Positions 10,453 to 18,924 of a stretch of 24,249 bases of DNA are shown piece by piece. Positions within the stretch are counted from its first letter, which is position 1. The number at the start of each line of letters is the position of its first letter. The notes beneath the pieces are model-generated. The model had not been told where the DNA came from. It worked only from the letters and a program-made list of their open reading frames with translations, and did no database searches. Source of the DNA: a virus (Duplodnaviria > Caudoviricetes); IMG/VR virus record IMGVR_UViG_3300037962_000349, positions 1 to 24,249 of that record; one strand, given 5' to 3'. The translations under genes were made by a program, and so were the position numbers.

Positions 10453-11402
10453 TGGTAAGAGTATATAGAAAAGATTTAGATACTTTTTATGAAGTATCTG
10501 AAGAAAGAGCTATAGAGTTAGAACAAGTAGGTTATTCTAGAGACCCTTCTGTAGCAGGTACAGATTTCGGTGGTAGTGACATGTCTGCAGTCCAAGAAAC
10601 ACAAAGACAAGAAACAGAAGGTTACCAAATAGGACAAGCAATGTTTGCATTTTTACCAGAGTCCGTACTAAATGCATTTGCAAAAGAATGGGTTAAATCA
10701 GGTGACCCAGATATAGCAATAGGTGCAACTAGAAATACATCTGAATGGAAAGAAAGTTTTGGTTATCTTAAAAGAGCTGATGGTAGTTTAATCATGGATG
10801 AAGTCAGTGCTTTATCTACTATTGCAACTTACAAACAAACATTAGGTGAAGTAGGAATACAGGATTTTACTGATTTTGAGGATGATTTTCAACAATTAGT
10901 TACATCTGAAGTATCAGGTGCAGAGTTTCAACAACGTATAGATATTGTATATTCTGGCATTCAAGACCAAATACCTGAAGTAGAAAGATTATTTAGAGAA
11001 CAATACAATATTAATGTTGACCAACCAACTATATTTGCTGCATTAATTAATCCTAAAATACAAGATAAAGTGTTAGCAGGAGATATAGCAACTATACAAC
11101 TACAAGCAGAGGCTACATCTAGAGGATTTAGTAGAACATTTGCACAGTTTGAAGCATTAAGAAAACAAGGTTTAACACAAGCATCAGCTAGACAGTTATA
11201 TAGTCAAGCAGGTGCTGCAATGCAATCTGCAGCAAATGTAGGAAGAAATTTACAATTAGAAACATTAGAAAAAGCAGCATTAGGTGATACAGCAGCTAAT
11301 AGAAGGTTGCAAAGAATACAAGCAGAAATACAATCACAAGGTGGATTGACATTAGGCGCTGCTAAAAAAGGTGACGAAGTTACTGGACTTATAGAGAATT
11401 AG
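10452..11402 (+). CDS. Hypothetical protein, probable internal virion protein (316 aa; A/Q-rich helical C-terminus)
   Basis: GAGGG RBS and TAATG overlap; last gene of the coupled block. Confidence 0.55.
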   Translation: MVRVYRKDLDTFYEVSEERAIELEQVGYSRDPSVAGTDFGGSDMSAVQETQRQETEGYQIGQAMFAFLPESVLNAFAKEWVKSGDPDIAIGATRNTSEWKESFGYLKRADGSLIMDEVSALSTIATYKQTLGEVGIQDFTDFEDDFQQLVTSEVSGAEFQQRIDIVYSGIQDQIPEVERLFREQYNINVDQPTIFAALINPKIQDKVLAGDIATIQLQAEATSRGFSRTFAQFEALRKQGLTQASARQLYSQAGAAMQSAANVGRNLQLETLEKAALGDTAANRRLQRIQAEIQSQGGLTLGAAKKGDEVTGLIEN

Positions 11403-11410
11403 TGTATAAT
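11403..11410 (+). promoter_or_regulatory. Putative -10 promoter element (TG-TATAAT) for the leader/scaffold/capsid transcript
   Basis: Perfect TATAAT at 11405-11410 at the very start of the largest intergenic gap. No clear -35 element at canonical spacing. Confidence 0.55.
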
Positions 11411-11416
11411 AAGTTT

Positions 11417-11605
11417 ATGCGTTGCGTGGTCCGCTTAAAGACCTGCAATCAGCTTTCAAAGCCTACGTAGAAAGCTTGTAATAAAATCGTAGAGTAATGG
11501 GTTTGTAGCTTATAGCTACCAGAGATACAAACCAAGTGGTAAGGTAGCACCGCGACAAGATTCCTATGGTCTTGTCTGACAGGTAAACACATAGAGGAGG
11601 TACTA
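11417..11605 (+). ncRNA. Putative structured RNA / 5' leader with five helices and tertiary pairings
   Basis: Stems read directly from the sequence: 11422-11431/11440-11448; AGCTTTC/GAAAGCT (11451-57/11470-76); GGTTTGTA/TACAAACC (11500-07/11526-33); GTGGT/ACCGC (11536-40/11549-53); GACAAGA/TCTTGTC (11554-60/11570-76). Visibly more GC-rich than the flanks, with no long + strand ORF. Confidence 0.65.
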
Positions 11606-12079
11606 ATGGAAAATGAATTTGATGCACCAGCAGAAAATGGTGTAAAACAAATGAGAGAAACTATTGATAGAAAAGATGAATCTATCAAAAAATTAGAGGC
11701 AGAGTTAGCTTCTTATAAGGAAAAAGAAATTGATTCGGTCTTTGGTCAGTTAGGTTTATCTACTGACAAAGGTTTCGGTAAAGCGTTAAAACAAGTGTAT
11801 GATGGCCCTGTAAATGCAGAAGCTATTTCACAGTTTGCTAAAGATGAGTATGGTTTTGAACCTGCTACTGAGGTAAAGGAAGAACCACAACCTGAACAAC
11901 AGCAAGTAGTTCAAGATGATGCTAGGTCTAGAGTGGCTGCACTTGATGCAAATTCACAGTCTGATGTACCATTAGGTGTTGAAGAGCAACTAGAGCAAAT
12001 CATTGCAAAGGGTAGTACAAAAGATTCTATCCGTGCAAGACTATACGCACAAGAGGCTCTTAAAGAACAACCTAAATAA
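11606..12079 (+). CDS. Probable capsid scaffolding protein (157 aa)
   Basis: Strong RBS GAGGAGGT (11594-11601), acidic, N-terminal coiled coil (KQMRETIDRKDESIKKLEAELASYKEKE), immediately upstream of the capsid gene. Confidence 0.7.
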   Translation: MENEFDAPAENGVKQMRETIDRKDESIKKLEAELASYKEKEIDSVFGQLGLSTDKGFGKALKQVYDGPVNAEAISQFAKDEYGFEPATEVKEEPQPEQQQVVQDDARSRVAALDANSQSDVPLGVEEQLEQIIAKGSTKDSIRARLYAQEALKEQPK

Positions 12080-12120
12080 TTACTTTAAGTACAAGCAACA
12101 ATTAAATACGGAGGTATAAA

Positions 12121-13242
12121 ATGGCAGCAATTTCGCTGACAAATGACTCGATATATTCTCAGAAAATTAATAACTTTTCTGGTGAATTATTTCGTGTTGG
12201 TGGTCAAAGAACACCATTTCTCTCTGCAACAGGTGGCTTGAACGGTGGTAAAGTCTTACAATCAACTTTCTGGCAAATCCAGGCAGCTGATAATGCAGTC
12301 GTTTCTTCTGAACCTACTAAAGGTCAAGAAGGCGCTCAACCTACAGAATACTTAGGTAGAGACAGGGTTGCATACACATCTGTTACTCAGGTTTTCCATA
12401 AAGGTGTAAAGATGACTTACACTGCAATGGCAACATATCAACATCAAAATCCATTTGATTTGAGCGCTAATATTATTAACGCTTCAGATGGTGATGGAAC
12501 AACAACAGCTGGTGATAAATTAGCATTAGCTGGTGGTAATCCAATCATTGATGAATTTGCAGAGCAAATGTCTTTGGCTCTCGAAAAAGTAGCAAGGGAA
12601 GTAGAATGGTTCGCATTTAACGGAACATTCGCTGACGGTGCAAACACTACACCAGGTAGTGGTACACGTGAAATGCGTGGACTATTAGAGTGGACTGGGT
12701 TAAATGCAAATGCAAATAACTCAACAGCTCCTACTGGCACAGGTGGTAACATCCACTATTGTGACTCTGGAGGAGACGACTCTACTGCAGCTCGTGACTT
12801 ATCATGGGATGCAATAGCAGAAGCAATGAAACGTCTATATGATGCTTCAGCGCCAATGATTAATCCTGTATTAGTAGTTACACCTAAGCAATTACTAGCT
12901 CTTAACAAAGAATTAGTTGGAGGTACTATTGGTTTAGCCGCAGCTATTCTTCCAAGAGATAGAAACGTTGCAGGTATCGACATTGATACTGTTGTAACAC
13001 CGTTTGGTTCTATCGGTATGATGGTCATTGACCCTAATATCATGCCATCTGAATCAGCGTTCATTCTTGACTTTGCTTTCATACAACCAGTTTTTACAAA
13101 TATCCCAGGATATGGAACTGTGTTCGTAAGAGACATTGACCAAGACGACTTTGCACGAGTTGGAAAAGCAATATACATGGAGATGGGATACGAATTTGGT
13201 CCTCCTTCATATCACTTGCAATTCTCAAAAGTTAAAAGTTAA
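12121..13242 (+). CDS. Major capsid protein (HK97 fold; SU10/DUF5309-like), 373 aa
   Basis: RBS GGAGGT. Motifs TPFLS, EG...R...TQVFHKGVKMTYTA, EKVAREVEWFAFNG, REMRGL and VVTPFGSIGM match my recollection of SU10-type MCPs. Visible enrichment of C-ending codons (TTC, AAC, ATC, GAC) suggests high expression. Followed by a hairpin. Confidence 0.85.
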   Translation: MAAISLTNDSIYSQKINNFSGELFRVGGQRTPFLSATGGLNGGKVLQSTFWQIQAADNAVVSSEPTKGQEGAQPTEYLGRDRVAYTSVTQVFHKGVKMTYTAMATYQHQNPFDLSANIINASDGDGTTTAGDKLALAGGNPIIDEFAEQMSLALEKVAREVEWFAFNGTFADGANTTPGSGTREMRGLLEWTGLNANANNSTAPTGTGGNIHYCDSGGDDSTAARDLSWDAIAEAMKRLYDASAPMINPVLVVTPKQLLALNKELVGGTIGLAAAILPRDRNVAGIDIDTVVTPFGSIGMMVIDPNIMPSESAFILDFAFIQPVFTNIPGYGTVFVRDIDQDDFARVGKAIYMEMGYEFGPPSYHLQFSKVKS

Positions 13243-13249
13243 AATTAAA

Positions 13250-13289
13250 CAGAACTTTGGGAGTAGCTCCACCTGCTCCCTTTGTTCTG
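13250..13289 (+). terminator. Hairpin after the capsid gene; probable leaky intrinsic terminator or mRNA-stabilising stem
   Basis: GGGAGTAG (13259-66) pairs with CTGCTCCC (13273-80) with one G-U pair, followed by an interrupted U-tract TTTGTTCT. An outer stem CAGAAC/GTTCTG (13250-55/13284-89) encloses it. Confidence 0.7.
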
Positions 13290-13311
13290 CTAATATGTAA
13301 AAAAGGAAACA

Positions 13312-13650
13312 ATGGCAAATAAATTAAAAAAGGTTACTTATACTGGTAGTGTTACTCAAAGTCCTGGTATTGCGACAGAGGGAATGTTACTAGGAGGATT
13401 GTTACCTAACGCAGCTTTTAATGGAACAAGCGTATCCGTACAATGGTCACCAGACCAAGATGGTGGGGGTACCTTTATTGATGTAAAAGAAACAGATGGT
13501 AGTGCAGTGTCTTACACAGTTGCTGCAAATACAGTTACAAGAGTAGACCCATCAGGTTTTGCATTTGCATCAACAGGTTCTATAAGGTTTGTATCAGGTT
13601 CAACAGAAGATACCAGTTCAGCAATAACAGTTTTATTACGAGATAGTTAG
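13312..13650 (+). CDS. Small beta-rich virion protein, possible capsid decoration protein (112 aa)
   Basis: AAGGA RBS, S/T/G/V-rich composition, first gene after the MCP. Confidence 0.5.
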   Translation: MANKLKKVTYTGSVTQSPGIATEGMLLGGLLPNAAFNGTSVSVQWSPDQDGGGTFIDVKETDGSAVSYTVAANTVTRVDPSGFAFASTGSIRFVSGSTEDTSSAITVLLRDS

Positions 13651-13658
13651 GAGCAACA

Positions 13659-13853
13659 ATGAGTATGCTCTTAATTCTCAAAGAGGGAAGAGCTTTAGAT
13701 ATAGATTCTAAAGGTTCTACTCCTATACAAGAATCATATCCTTTATCTGAAGCTATACCTGTAAGTGAAGTAAGAAGTGCTTTATTTAGTATGGCATTAT
13801 TAGGTCAAACACATTTTGCTAAGACTGTCAATGCAGAAGATAAGGTAGCCTAA
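13659..13853 (+). CDS. Hypothetical protein (64 aa)
   Basis: AGGAG RBS and TAATG coupling to the next gene. Confidence 0.65.
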   Translation: MSMLLILKEGRALDIDSKGSTPIQESYPLSEAIPVSEVRSALFSMALLGQTHFAKTVNAEDKVA

Positions 13854-14857
13854 TGAGTACAACAGTAGGTCAGTTAGTTGATAGAACGTTTAGAGAATAT
13901 TTAGAACCAGCAGATAATGTTGAATCATTTTCTATATTAGCTTCTGGTATATCTGATTCTGCAACATCTTTAACATTTGATGGTGATTATTTTACACAGG
14001 AAGAAGAAGATGCATTAGACGCAGGAACAATTATAGAAGTAGGTACAGAGTTAATGTATTCTACAAACCTAAATGCTACGAGTAATACTATTACTATTAA
14101 AAGAGGTGTAAGAGGCACAACTGCAGCAGCTCATTCTGCTGGAGATGAAATTAAAATAGCACCAGAATTTTTAAGAAAAAATGTATTTGATTCTATAGCT
14201 GACCAAATAGAAAATTTATATCCTACTTTGTTTGCTGTAGAAACAAGAACTATGACATCTGGTACAGGGTATGCATTGTTAGGTACACCAGATACTCCAG
14301 GAGATTTTAATTATTTAGTAGCACCTATAAAAGCTATATCACAATATACAGACTTTAGTTCTGGCTCAGACCAAACAGGTTTAAAGTATCAAGGTGTAGC
14401 TGTTGAAATGATTGATTTACCTAATCCTTTTACATATACAGATGATACTGGTGCATCTAGAACTATTACTTATACATCAGGACCTAGTGTTGTACATGCA
14501 ATACAATTTACTGGTATTAGTGCAGGTCATACAGTATATGTAACTTTTAAGAAAAAATTTATACCACCTACAGATGAGAGTACAACATTAGCATCTATTG
14601 GTTTAGAAACAGAATATGAACCAATTATTATGGCAGGTGTAGCAGCACATCTTGTAGCTGGCAAAGACATAAATAGAATTGATACACAATATATTACTGA
14701 CCAATTAGCTGCTGCAAACTTTCCAACAGGCAGTGGTAATTCTTTAAGAAACTCTTTATTACAATATCAACAGTTATTAATACAACAAGCTAGAAGTAAT
14801 TTAAGAGCAAAATATCCAGAACCAGTAGCGTTAAATAATATTACATATCCTACATAA
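13853..14857 (+). CDS. Probable head-tail adaptor (tail tubular protein A-like) with an inserted beta domain, 334 aa
   Basis: N-terminal helix (MSTTVGQLVDRTFREYL) and C-terminal helices (YEPIIMAGVAAHL...LLQYQQLLIQQAR) as in podovirus adaptors. Internal TITIKRGVRGTTAAAHSAGDEI domain. Lies directly before the nozzle-sized gene. Confidence 0.6.
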   Translation: MSTTVGQLVDRTFREYLEPADNVESFSILASGISDSATSLTFDGDYFTQEEEDALDAGTIIEVGTELMYSTNLNATSNTITIKRGVRGTTAAAHSAGDEIKIAPEFLRKNVFDSIADQIENLYPTLFAVETRTMTSGTGYALLGTPDTPGDFNYLVAPIKAISQYTDFSSGSDQTGLKYQGVAVEMIDLPNPFTYTDDTGASRTITYTSGPSVVHAIQFTGISAGHTVYVTFKKKFIPPTDESTTLASIGLETEYEPIIMAGVAAHLVAGKDINRIDTQYITDQLAAANFPTGSGNSLRNSLLQYQQLLIQQARSNLRAKYPEPVALNNITYPT

Positions 14858-16836
14858 TGCCAAGGTTAACTACACAAGCCGAAGTTTCTAATCCACAAAG
14901 AAAAGGATATGACTTTAGATTAGACAATCAATTATATAGAGCAGCTATAAGTCCTGACCAACAAATGATTATAGAATCATCAGATGTTGGTGCAGAAAAT
15001 GCTGTTAATGTAAAACAAAATGCAGAAGACTTTACATCTAATATTGGTAGAGTTTTTTCTAGAAATAATTTTTCTGCTGGTGAAGGTTTAGATACTGCAC
15101 ATAGAGCTAATGGTAAAGCTAATGATGTTAATAGATATTGGGATAGTAAAAATGTAGATGTATTTCACGATGATGAAACATCATACAATATTAGTTTATT
15201 ATTTAGCACAGAAGCAAAATCTATAAGTTTAAGTGGTACAAACAACTATATAGCTCAAACAGCTAATGGACATTTATATTTAACTGATAATACAACTATT
15301 TATAAATCTACAAACAATGGTTCTACTTGGGCAGCTGTATCTACAGGTTTGACAATTAATTATAACTTTACAGGTATAGCAGCTTTTAACAATGGTTTGT
15401 ATTTAACTACTGCTAATGGAACAAGTAACTCAGAGTTAATAAAATTTGATGGCACATCTTGGTCAGAAGAAACTACAGCACAAACATCTAGTGGTGGTCT
15501 TAATGGCGTATGGTTTGTAAAGAATAGATTGTTTATTACTGGTACAGATGCAACTGCAACAAGGATATGGTCTGTAAGTCCATTTGGTAAAACTTGGAGT
15601 AGTAGTGATTTAGCTGATGGAGATACAATAGTAAGTATAGAAAGTGAACACTCTGTATCAACTGTTATTGACGGAGGAGCTGTAGTTCTTGCAGGTGCTA
15701 CTGATAGTAATGTTTATTCTTTTAAATTAGTATCAGGTGCATATGTAAATAAAGGACAAACAAAAATACCTTTTGAAGAAATATATTCTATGGCTGCATC
15801 TGAAGGAATTATATTTTTAGGAACTAAAGAAGTAAATACAAATATTGGTAGATTTTATAAAGCTGAAGTAGCAGTAGCTGATGACTTGTATGTATTAGGT
15901 AACAGACAATTAATTAAACAATGGGACGTATCTGGTATTGATACTTCTCCAAGAGCTATGTTTGTATCAAGAGATAGTGTTTATGTTGGTATACATGAAA
16001 GTTCTACTGAGTGTAATTTATGGAGATATTATCTTCCTACTACAGGTTTAGCAAGAGATTTAGTGCAAACACATAGTTCTAACACAACTGCAAAAATAAA
16101 TACTATTACACAAAGTAATGGCAAGTTTGTAACAATACTTAGTGGTATAGATGTATATATTGAAACATCTACATTTGCATCTGAAGGTTATGTTATAACA
16201 TCACCAGCAGATTTTTTTACTGCAGAATCTAAACAGTTTGTTGGTGTAGAGATAGAAACAGAAAATTTATCTGGTTCTGATAGTGTAGAAGTATATTTAT
16301 CTAATAAATTTGAAGCTATAAATGACCCTGATGATAGTGATTGGTCATTAGAATTAAATCAATTATCTGGTATAGGTGGTGATGAACAACAGCTTACAAG
16401 AGTTGCAAGATATATAACTGCAAAAGTTGTGCTTAAAACTCCTACTAATGACTCAACACCAAAGTTTAAATCTATACAATTAAGAGCATTAGCTAGACCA
16501 GAATTAGTTGTTGTACAAATACCTGTCAATATATCTGATAGAGTAGAACGACCTTTTAGAAAACCAATTAAAGTTAAAAATTTAGGAGAAACTATTTATC
16601 AATCTCTTAAATTAAAAGAAGGTAGTTCTGTTGTATTAGAAATATACGACCCTGCAGAAACAATACGTGGTGTTGTAGAAAAAGTAAGTTATCCAATAAT
16701 AAGTAATCCAAACGTTGGCAGCGTAACACAGTATGCTATACTAACTGTCAGAGGAACGAGACAAGCCACGTTCGATTCAGTAACTTCTGGTAATATACTT
16801 GGGGTAAATGGATATGCTATAATGAGGTTTGGATAA
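14857..16836 (+). CDS. Probable tail nozzle (tail tubular protein B-like, beta-propeller), 659 aa
   Basis: Asp-box/BNR-like blades (YKSTNNGSTW, KFDGTSWS, PFGKTWS), beta-rich, and of the size and position expected for a podovirus nozzle. Confidence 0.65.
   Translation: MPRLTTQAEVSNPQRKGYDFRLDNQLYRAAISPDQQMIIESSDVGAENAVNVKQNAEDFTSNIGRVFSRNNFSAGEGLDTAHRANGKANDVNRYWDSKNVDVFHDDETSYNISLLFSTEAKSISLSGTNNYIAQTANGHLYLTDNTTIYKSTNNGSTWAAVSTGLTINYNFTGIAAFNNGLYLTTANGTSNSELIKFDGTSWSEETTAQTSSGGLNGVWFVKNRLFITGTDATATRIWSVSPFGKTWSSSDLADGDTIVSIESEHSVSTVIDGGAVVLAGATDSNVYSFKLVSGAYVNKGQTKIPFEEIYSMAASEGIIFLGTKEVNTNIGRFYKAEVAVADDLYVLGNRQLIKQWDVSGIDTSPRAMFVSRDSVYVGIHESSTECNLWRYYLPTTGLARDLVQTHSSNTTAKINTITQSNGKFVTILSGIDVYIETSTFASEGYVITSPADFFTAESKQFVGVEIETENLSGSDSVEVYLSNKFEAINDPDDSDWSLELNQLSGIGGDEQQLTRVARYITAKVVLKTPTNDSTPKFKSIQLRALARPELVVVQIPVNISDRVERPFRKPIKVKNLGETIYQSLKLKEGSSVVLEIYDPAETIRGVVEKVSYPIISNPNVGSVTQYAILTVRGTRQATFDSVTSGNILGVNGYAIMRFG
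16813..16823 (+). promoter_or_regulatory. Putative extended -10 promoter TATG-C-TATAAT for the fibre/receptor-binding module
   Basis: Perfect TRTGnTATAAT match in the last codons of the nozzle gene, about 38 nt upstream of ATG 16861. A second TATAAT lies at 16847-16852. Confidence 0.5.
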
Positions 16837-16860
16837 ATTTAATGTGTATAATGGAGATGT

Positions 16861-17433
16861 ATGACAGCACAAGAAAGTAATTTAGTAAACGCTTTTGAAA
16901 CTACCCTCGCTGCACAACTTGCAAGCGGTGGTACTTCGATGAATCTTACAGCAGACCCAGGTGTAGACTCACCTGCATATTTTGTAATAGACCCTGATAA
17001 TGATAGTTCTAGAGAAGTAGTTCTTTGGGCATCTGGTACTGACCATAGTAACGCTACAATAACAAGAGACATTGATAGCAAACATGGTACTGACCCAACT
17101 CATGCATCAGGTACTACTGTTAGATTAGCTGTAGTTAAACAACATTTTGAAGATGTACACGACAGAGTAGATACAATAATTAACTCAGCTGGTACTGCAG
17201 TTAATACATCTGGAATTGTAAAAGATGAAGATAATATGGCATCTAACTCTGCGTCACATCTAGCAACACAACAGTCAATAAAAGCATATGTTGATTCTAC
17301 TGGTTTAACATTGTTGGATGAAGATAACTTTGCTAGCGATTCAGCTACGCAACCACCTTCACAACAGTCTGTTAAAGCCTATATAGCAAATCAAGGGTTT
17401 GCTGATATTGGATTAATAATAGCACTAGGATAA
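16861..17433 (+). CDS. Short tail-fibre stem / proximal fibre protein (190 aa)
   Basis: GGAG RBS, N-terminal beta domain, two DEDN..S.SA....QQS.KAY fibre-type repeats, hydrophobic C-terminus IGLIIALG. Confidence 0.6.
   Translation: MTAQESNLVNAFETTLAAQLASGGTSMNLTADPGVDSPAYFVIDPDNDSSREVVLWASGTDHSNATITRDIDSKHGTDPTHASGTTVRLAVVKQHFEDVHDRVDTIINSAGTAVNTSGIVKDEDNMASNSASHLATQQSIKAYVDSTGLTLLDEDNFASDSATQPPSQQSVKAYIANQGFADIGLIIALG
17224..17388 (+). repeat. Two-copy intragenic repeat with 93-nt (31-aa) period
   Basis: DEDNMASNSASHLATQQSIKAYVD from 17224 versus DEDNFASDSATQPPSQQSVKAYIA from 17317. Confidence 0.85.
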
Positions 17434-17443
17434 GAGGAATAAT

Positions 17444-17776
17444 ATGGCAAATGTATTTAAGAACGCATATCACGATGGAACTACATCTCTTGCAGATTTA
17501 ATTCCTGCATTAGATGCTAACCATGAGGCAATAGTCTTAATGCTCAGAGCAACTAATGTAGACGGAACTAATGATGCAACAGTTGATGTAAGGGTCGTAG
17601 ATGGTTCTTCAGGAGATGCATATATTGCTAAGACTATGTCAGTGCCTGCTGATACTTCTTTAGATTTACTAGGTACATCTAAATTAGTTCTTATGGCAAC
17701 TGATAAAATACAAGTATTAGCATCAGCAGCATCAGATATAGAATTTTTTGCAAGTTATCTTGAAATAACAGATTAG
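17444..17776 (+). CDS. Small beta-sandwich protein, probable fibre adaptor/connector (110 aa, MANVFKN...YLEITD)
   Basis: GAGG RBS. From recollection, MANxFKN...NVDGT...VPADTSL...KLVL...D.I...LEI proteins commonly follow fibre genes ending in IALG in aquatic phages. Confidence 0.55.
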   Translation: MANVFKNAYHDGTTSLADLIPALDANHEAIVLMLRATNVDGTNDATVDVRVVDGSSGDAYIAKTMSVPADTSLDLLGTSKLVLMATDKIQVLASAASDIEFFASYLEITD

Positions 17777-17785
17777 GAGTAACCA

Positions 17786-18412
17786 ATGTCATTTGGATAT
17801 TTGGGAGATACTTCTACCAAGATAAAACAACAAATAAAAAATCAAGGTGTAATATCTGTTTCCGAGGCTTATGAATTAGAAAAAAAGGGACATCTTGGTG
17901 GTAGTTTAGAGCTTATTGAAGAACAAACTTATTCAAGTGCAGTTTCAGCAGTAGATTTTACTTCTATAAAAGGTGCTAAATATAATGTTCACTTTTTAAC
18001 TTGGGCAAATGTTGATTTTGCTTCAGAAGAACTACCTGCATTGAGATTTTTTGAAAGTGGAGTATTAGAAACTGCAAGTGTTTATCAATATGCTTTGCAA
18101 TCTTATGGTACAGCAGGTGGTTTCGCTGAAAACAAGAGTACAGGGGAAACTTATTGTTTGTTAGGTAACTTTACAAATGATGTTACTAATGGATATGCCT
18201 ACATTTATAATGCAAATGACAGTTCAAAATATACTTTTGTTACAAGTCAATCAATGGACGATGACCAAGATGCTAGTCCACAAAGTATTGGTTTATTTGG
18301 TGGAAGTGTTTTACCACAAACAAGTACAGTAGATGGAATTAGATTTACAGGAAGTGCTAGTACTAATTTTTCTTCATTTACTGTAAAACTCTATGGAGTA
18401 AAACAGATATGA
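17786..18412 (+). CDS. Putative receptor-binding domain paralog A1 (208 aa, with ~38-aa N-terminal extension)
   Basis: AGGAG RBS. Shared family motifs LELI, YNVHF, YQYA, YIYN, DGIRF, KLYGV. Confidence 0.7.
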   Translation: MSFGYLGDTSTKIKQQIKNQGVISVSEAYELEKKGHLGGSLELIEEQTYSSAVSAVDFTSIKGAKYNVHFLTWANVDFASEELPALRFFESGVLETASVYQYALQSYGTAGGFAENKSTGETYCLLGNFTNDVTNGYAYIYNANDSSKYTFVTSQSMDDDQDASPQSIGLFGGSVLPQTSTVDGIRFTGSASTNFSSFTVKLYGVKQI

Positions 18413-18924
18413 GTAACCTTAGATTATTAAATGAAACTACTATAACTTCAAATGTATCTTCTGTGAATGTAACAGATGTTTTTTCAGCAGATTTTGATAT
18501 TTACAAAATAGTTTTTAATGGAATTACAACAACAGACGCTACACCTTTACATTGTAAACTTATAAATTCAAGTGGAAGTGTTATAAGTTCTTCAGAATAT
18601 GATTATGCTTTTTTACTTATGAAAGGTGAAGCATCTTTTACAGAAAGCAACCAAACTAATGGTACAAATTGGAATAATTTTTTTGGTAATCCAGATGAAG
18701 CGCCAGAGCTAGTAAGTGGGGTTGCATATATATTCAATCCTTTTTCAAGTTCATCTTACACTTTCGCTATCAATCAAGTGGCAGTTGAAACAAGAAGATG
18801 GTATAAAGGTGTTCAAGTTTTTACAGAAACAACTTCAGTAACAGGATTTCAAGCATTTGAACTTAATTCACGACCAATTACTAGTGGTGTGTTTAGAACT
18901 TATGGATTGCGAGTTGATACATAA
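18409..18924 (+). CDS. Putative receptor-binding domain paralog B1 (171 aa)
   Basis: ATGA overlap. Motifs FDIYKI, YDYA, YIFNP, RTYGL. Confidence 0.7.
   Translation: MSNLRLLNETTITSNVSSVNVTDVFSADFDIYKIVFNGITTTDATPLHCKLINSSGSVISSSEYDYAFLLMKGEASFTESNQTNGTNWNNFFGNPDEAPELVSGVAYIFNPFSSSSYTFAINQVAVETRRWYKGVQVFTETTSVTGFQAFELNSRPITSGVFRTYGLRVDT

Noticed and set aside
11417-11605. Assignment to tRNA, tmRNA, hammerhead ribozyme, or preQ1/SAM-II riboswitch
   Set aside because: No cloverleaf or T-loop, no CUGANGA/GAAA core in the right arrangement, and the ligand-binding consensus nucleotides were not matched by eye. It is left unassigned pending an Rfam search.
13222-13312. T7 10A/10B-like frameshift or read-through extension of the capsid protein at AAAAGTTAAAAGTTAAAATT
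   Set aside because: The -1 frame stops almost at once, read-through meets another TAA two codons later, and the +1 frame ends before the next gene, so no fusion product is possible.
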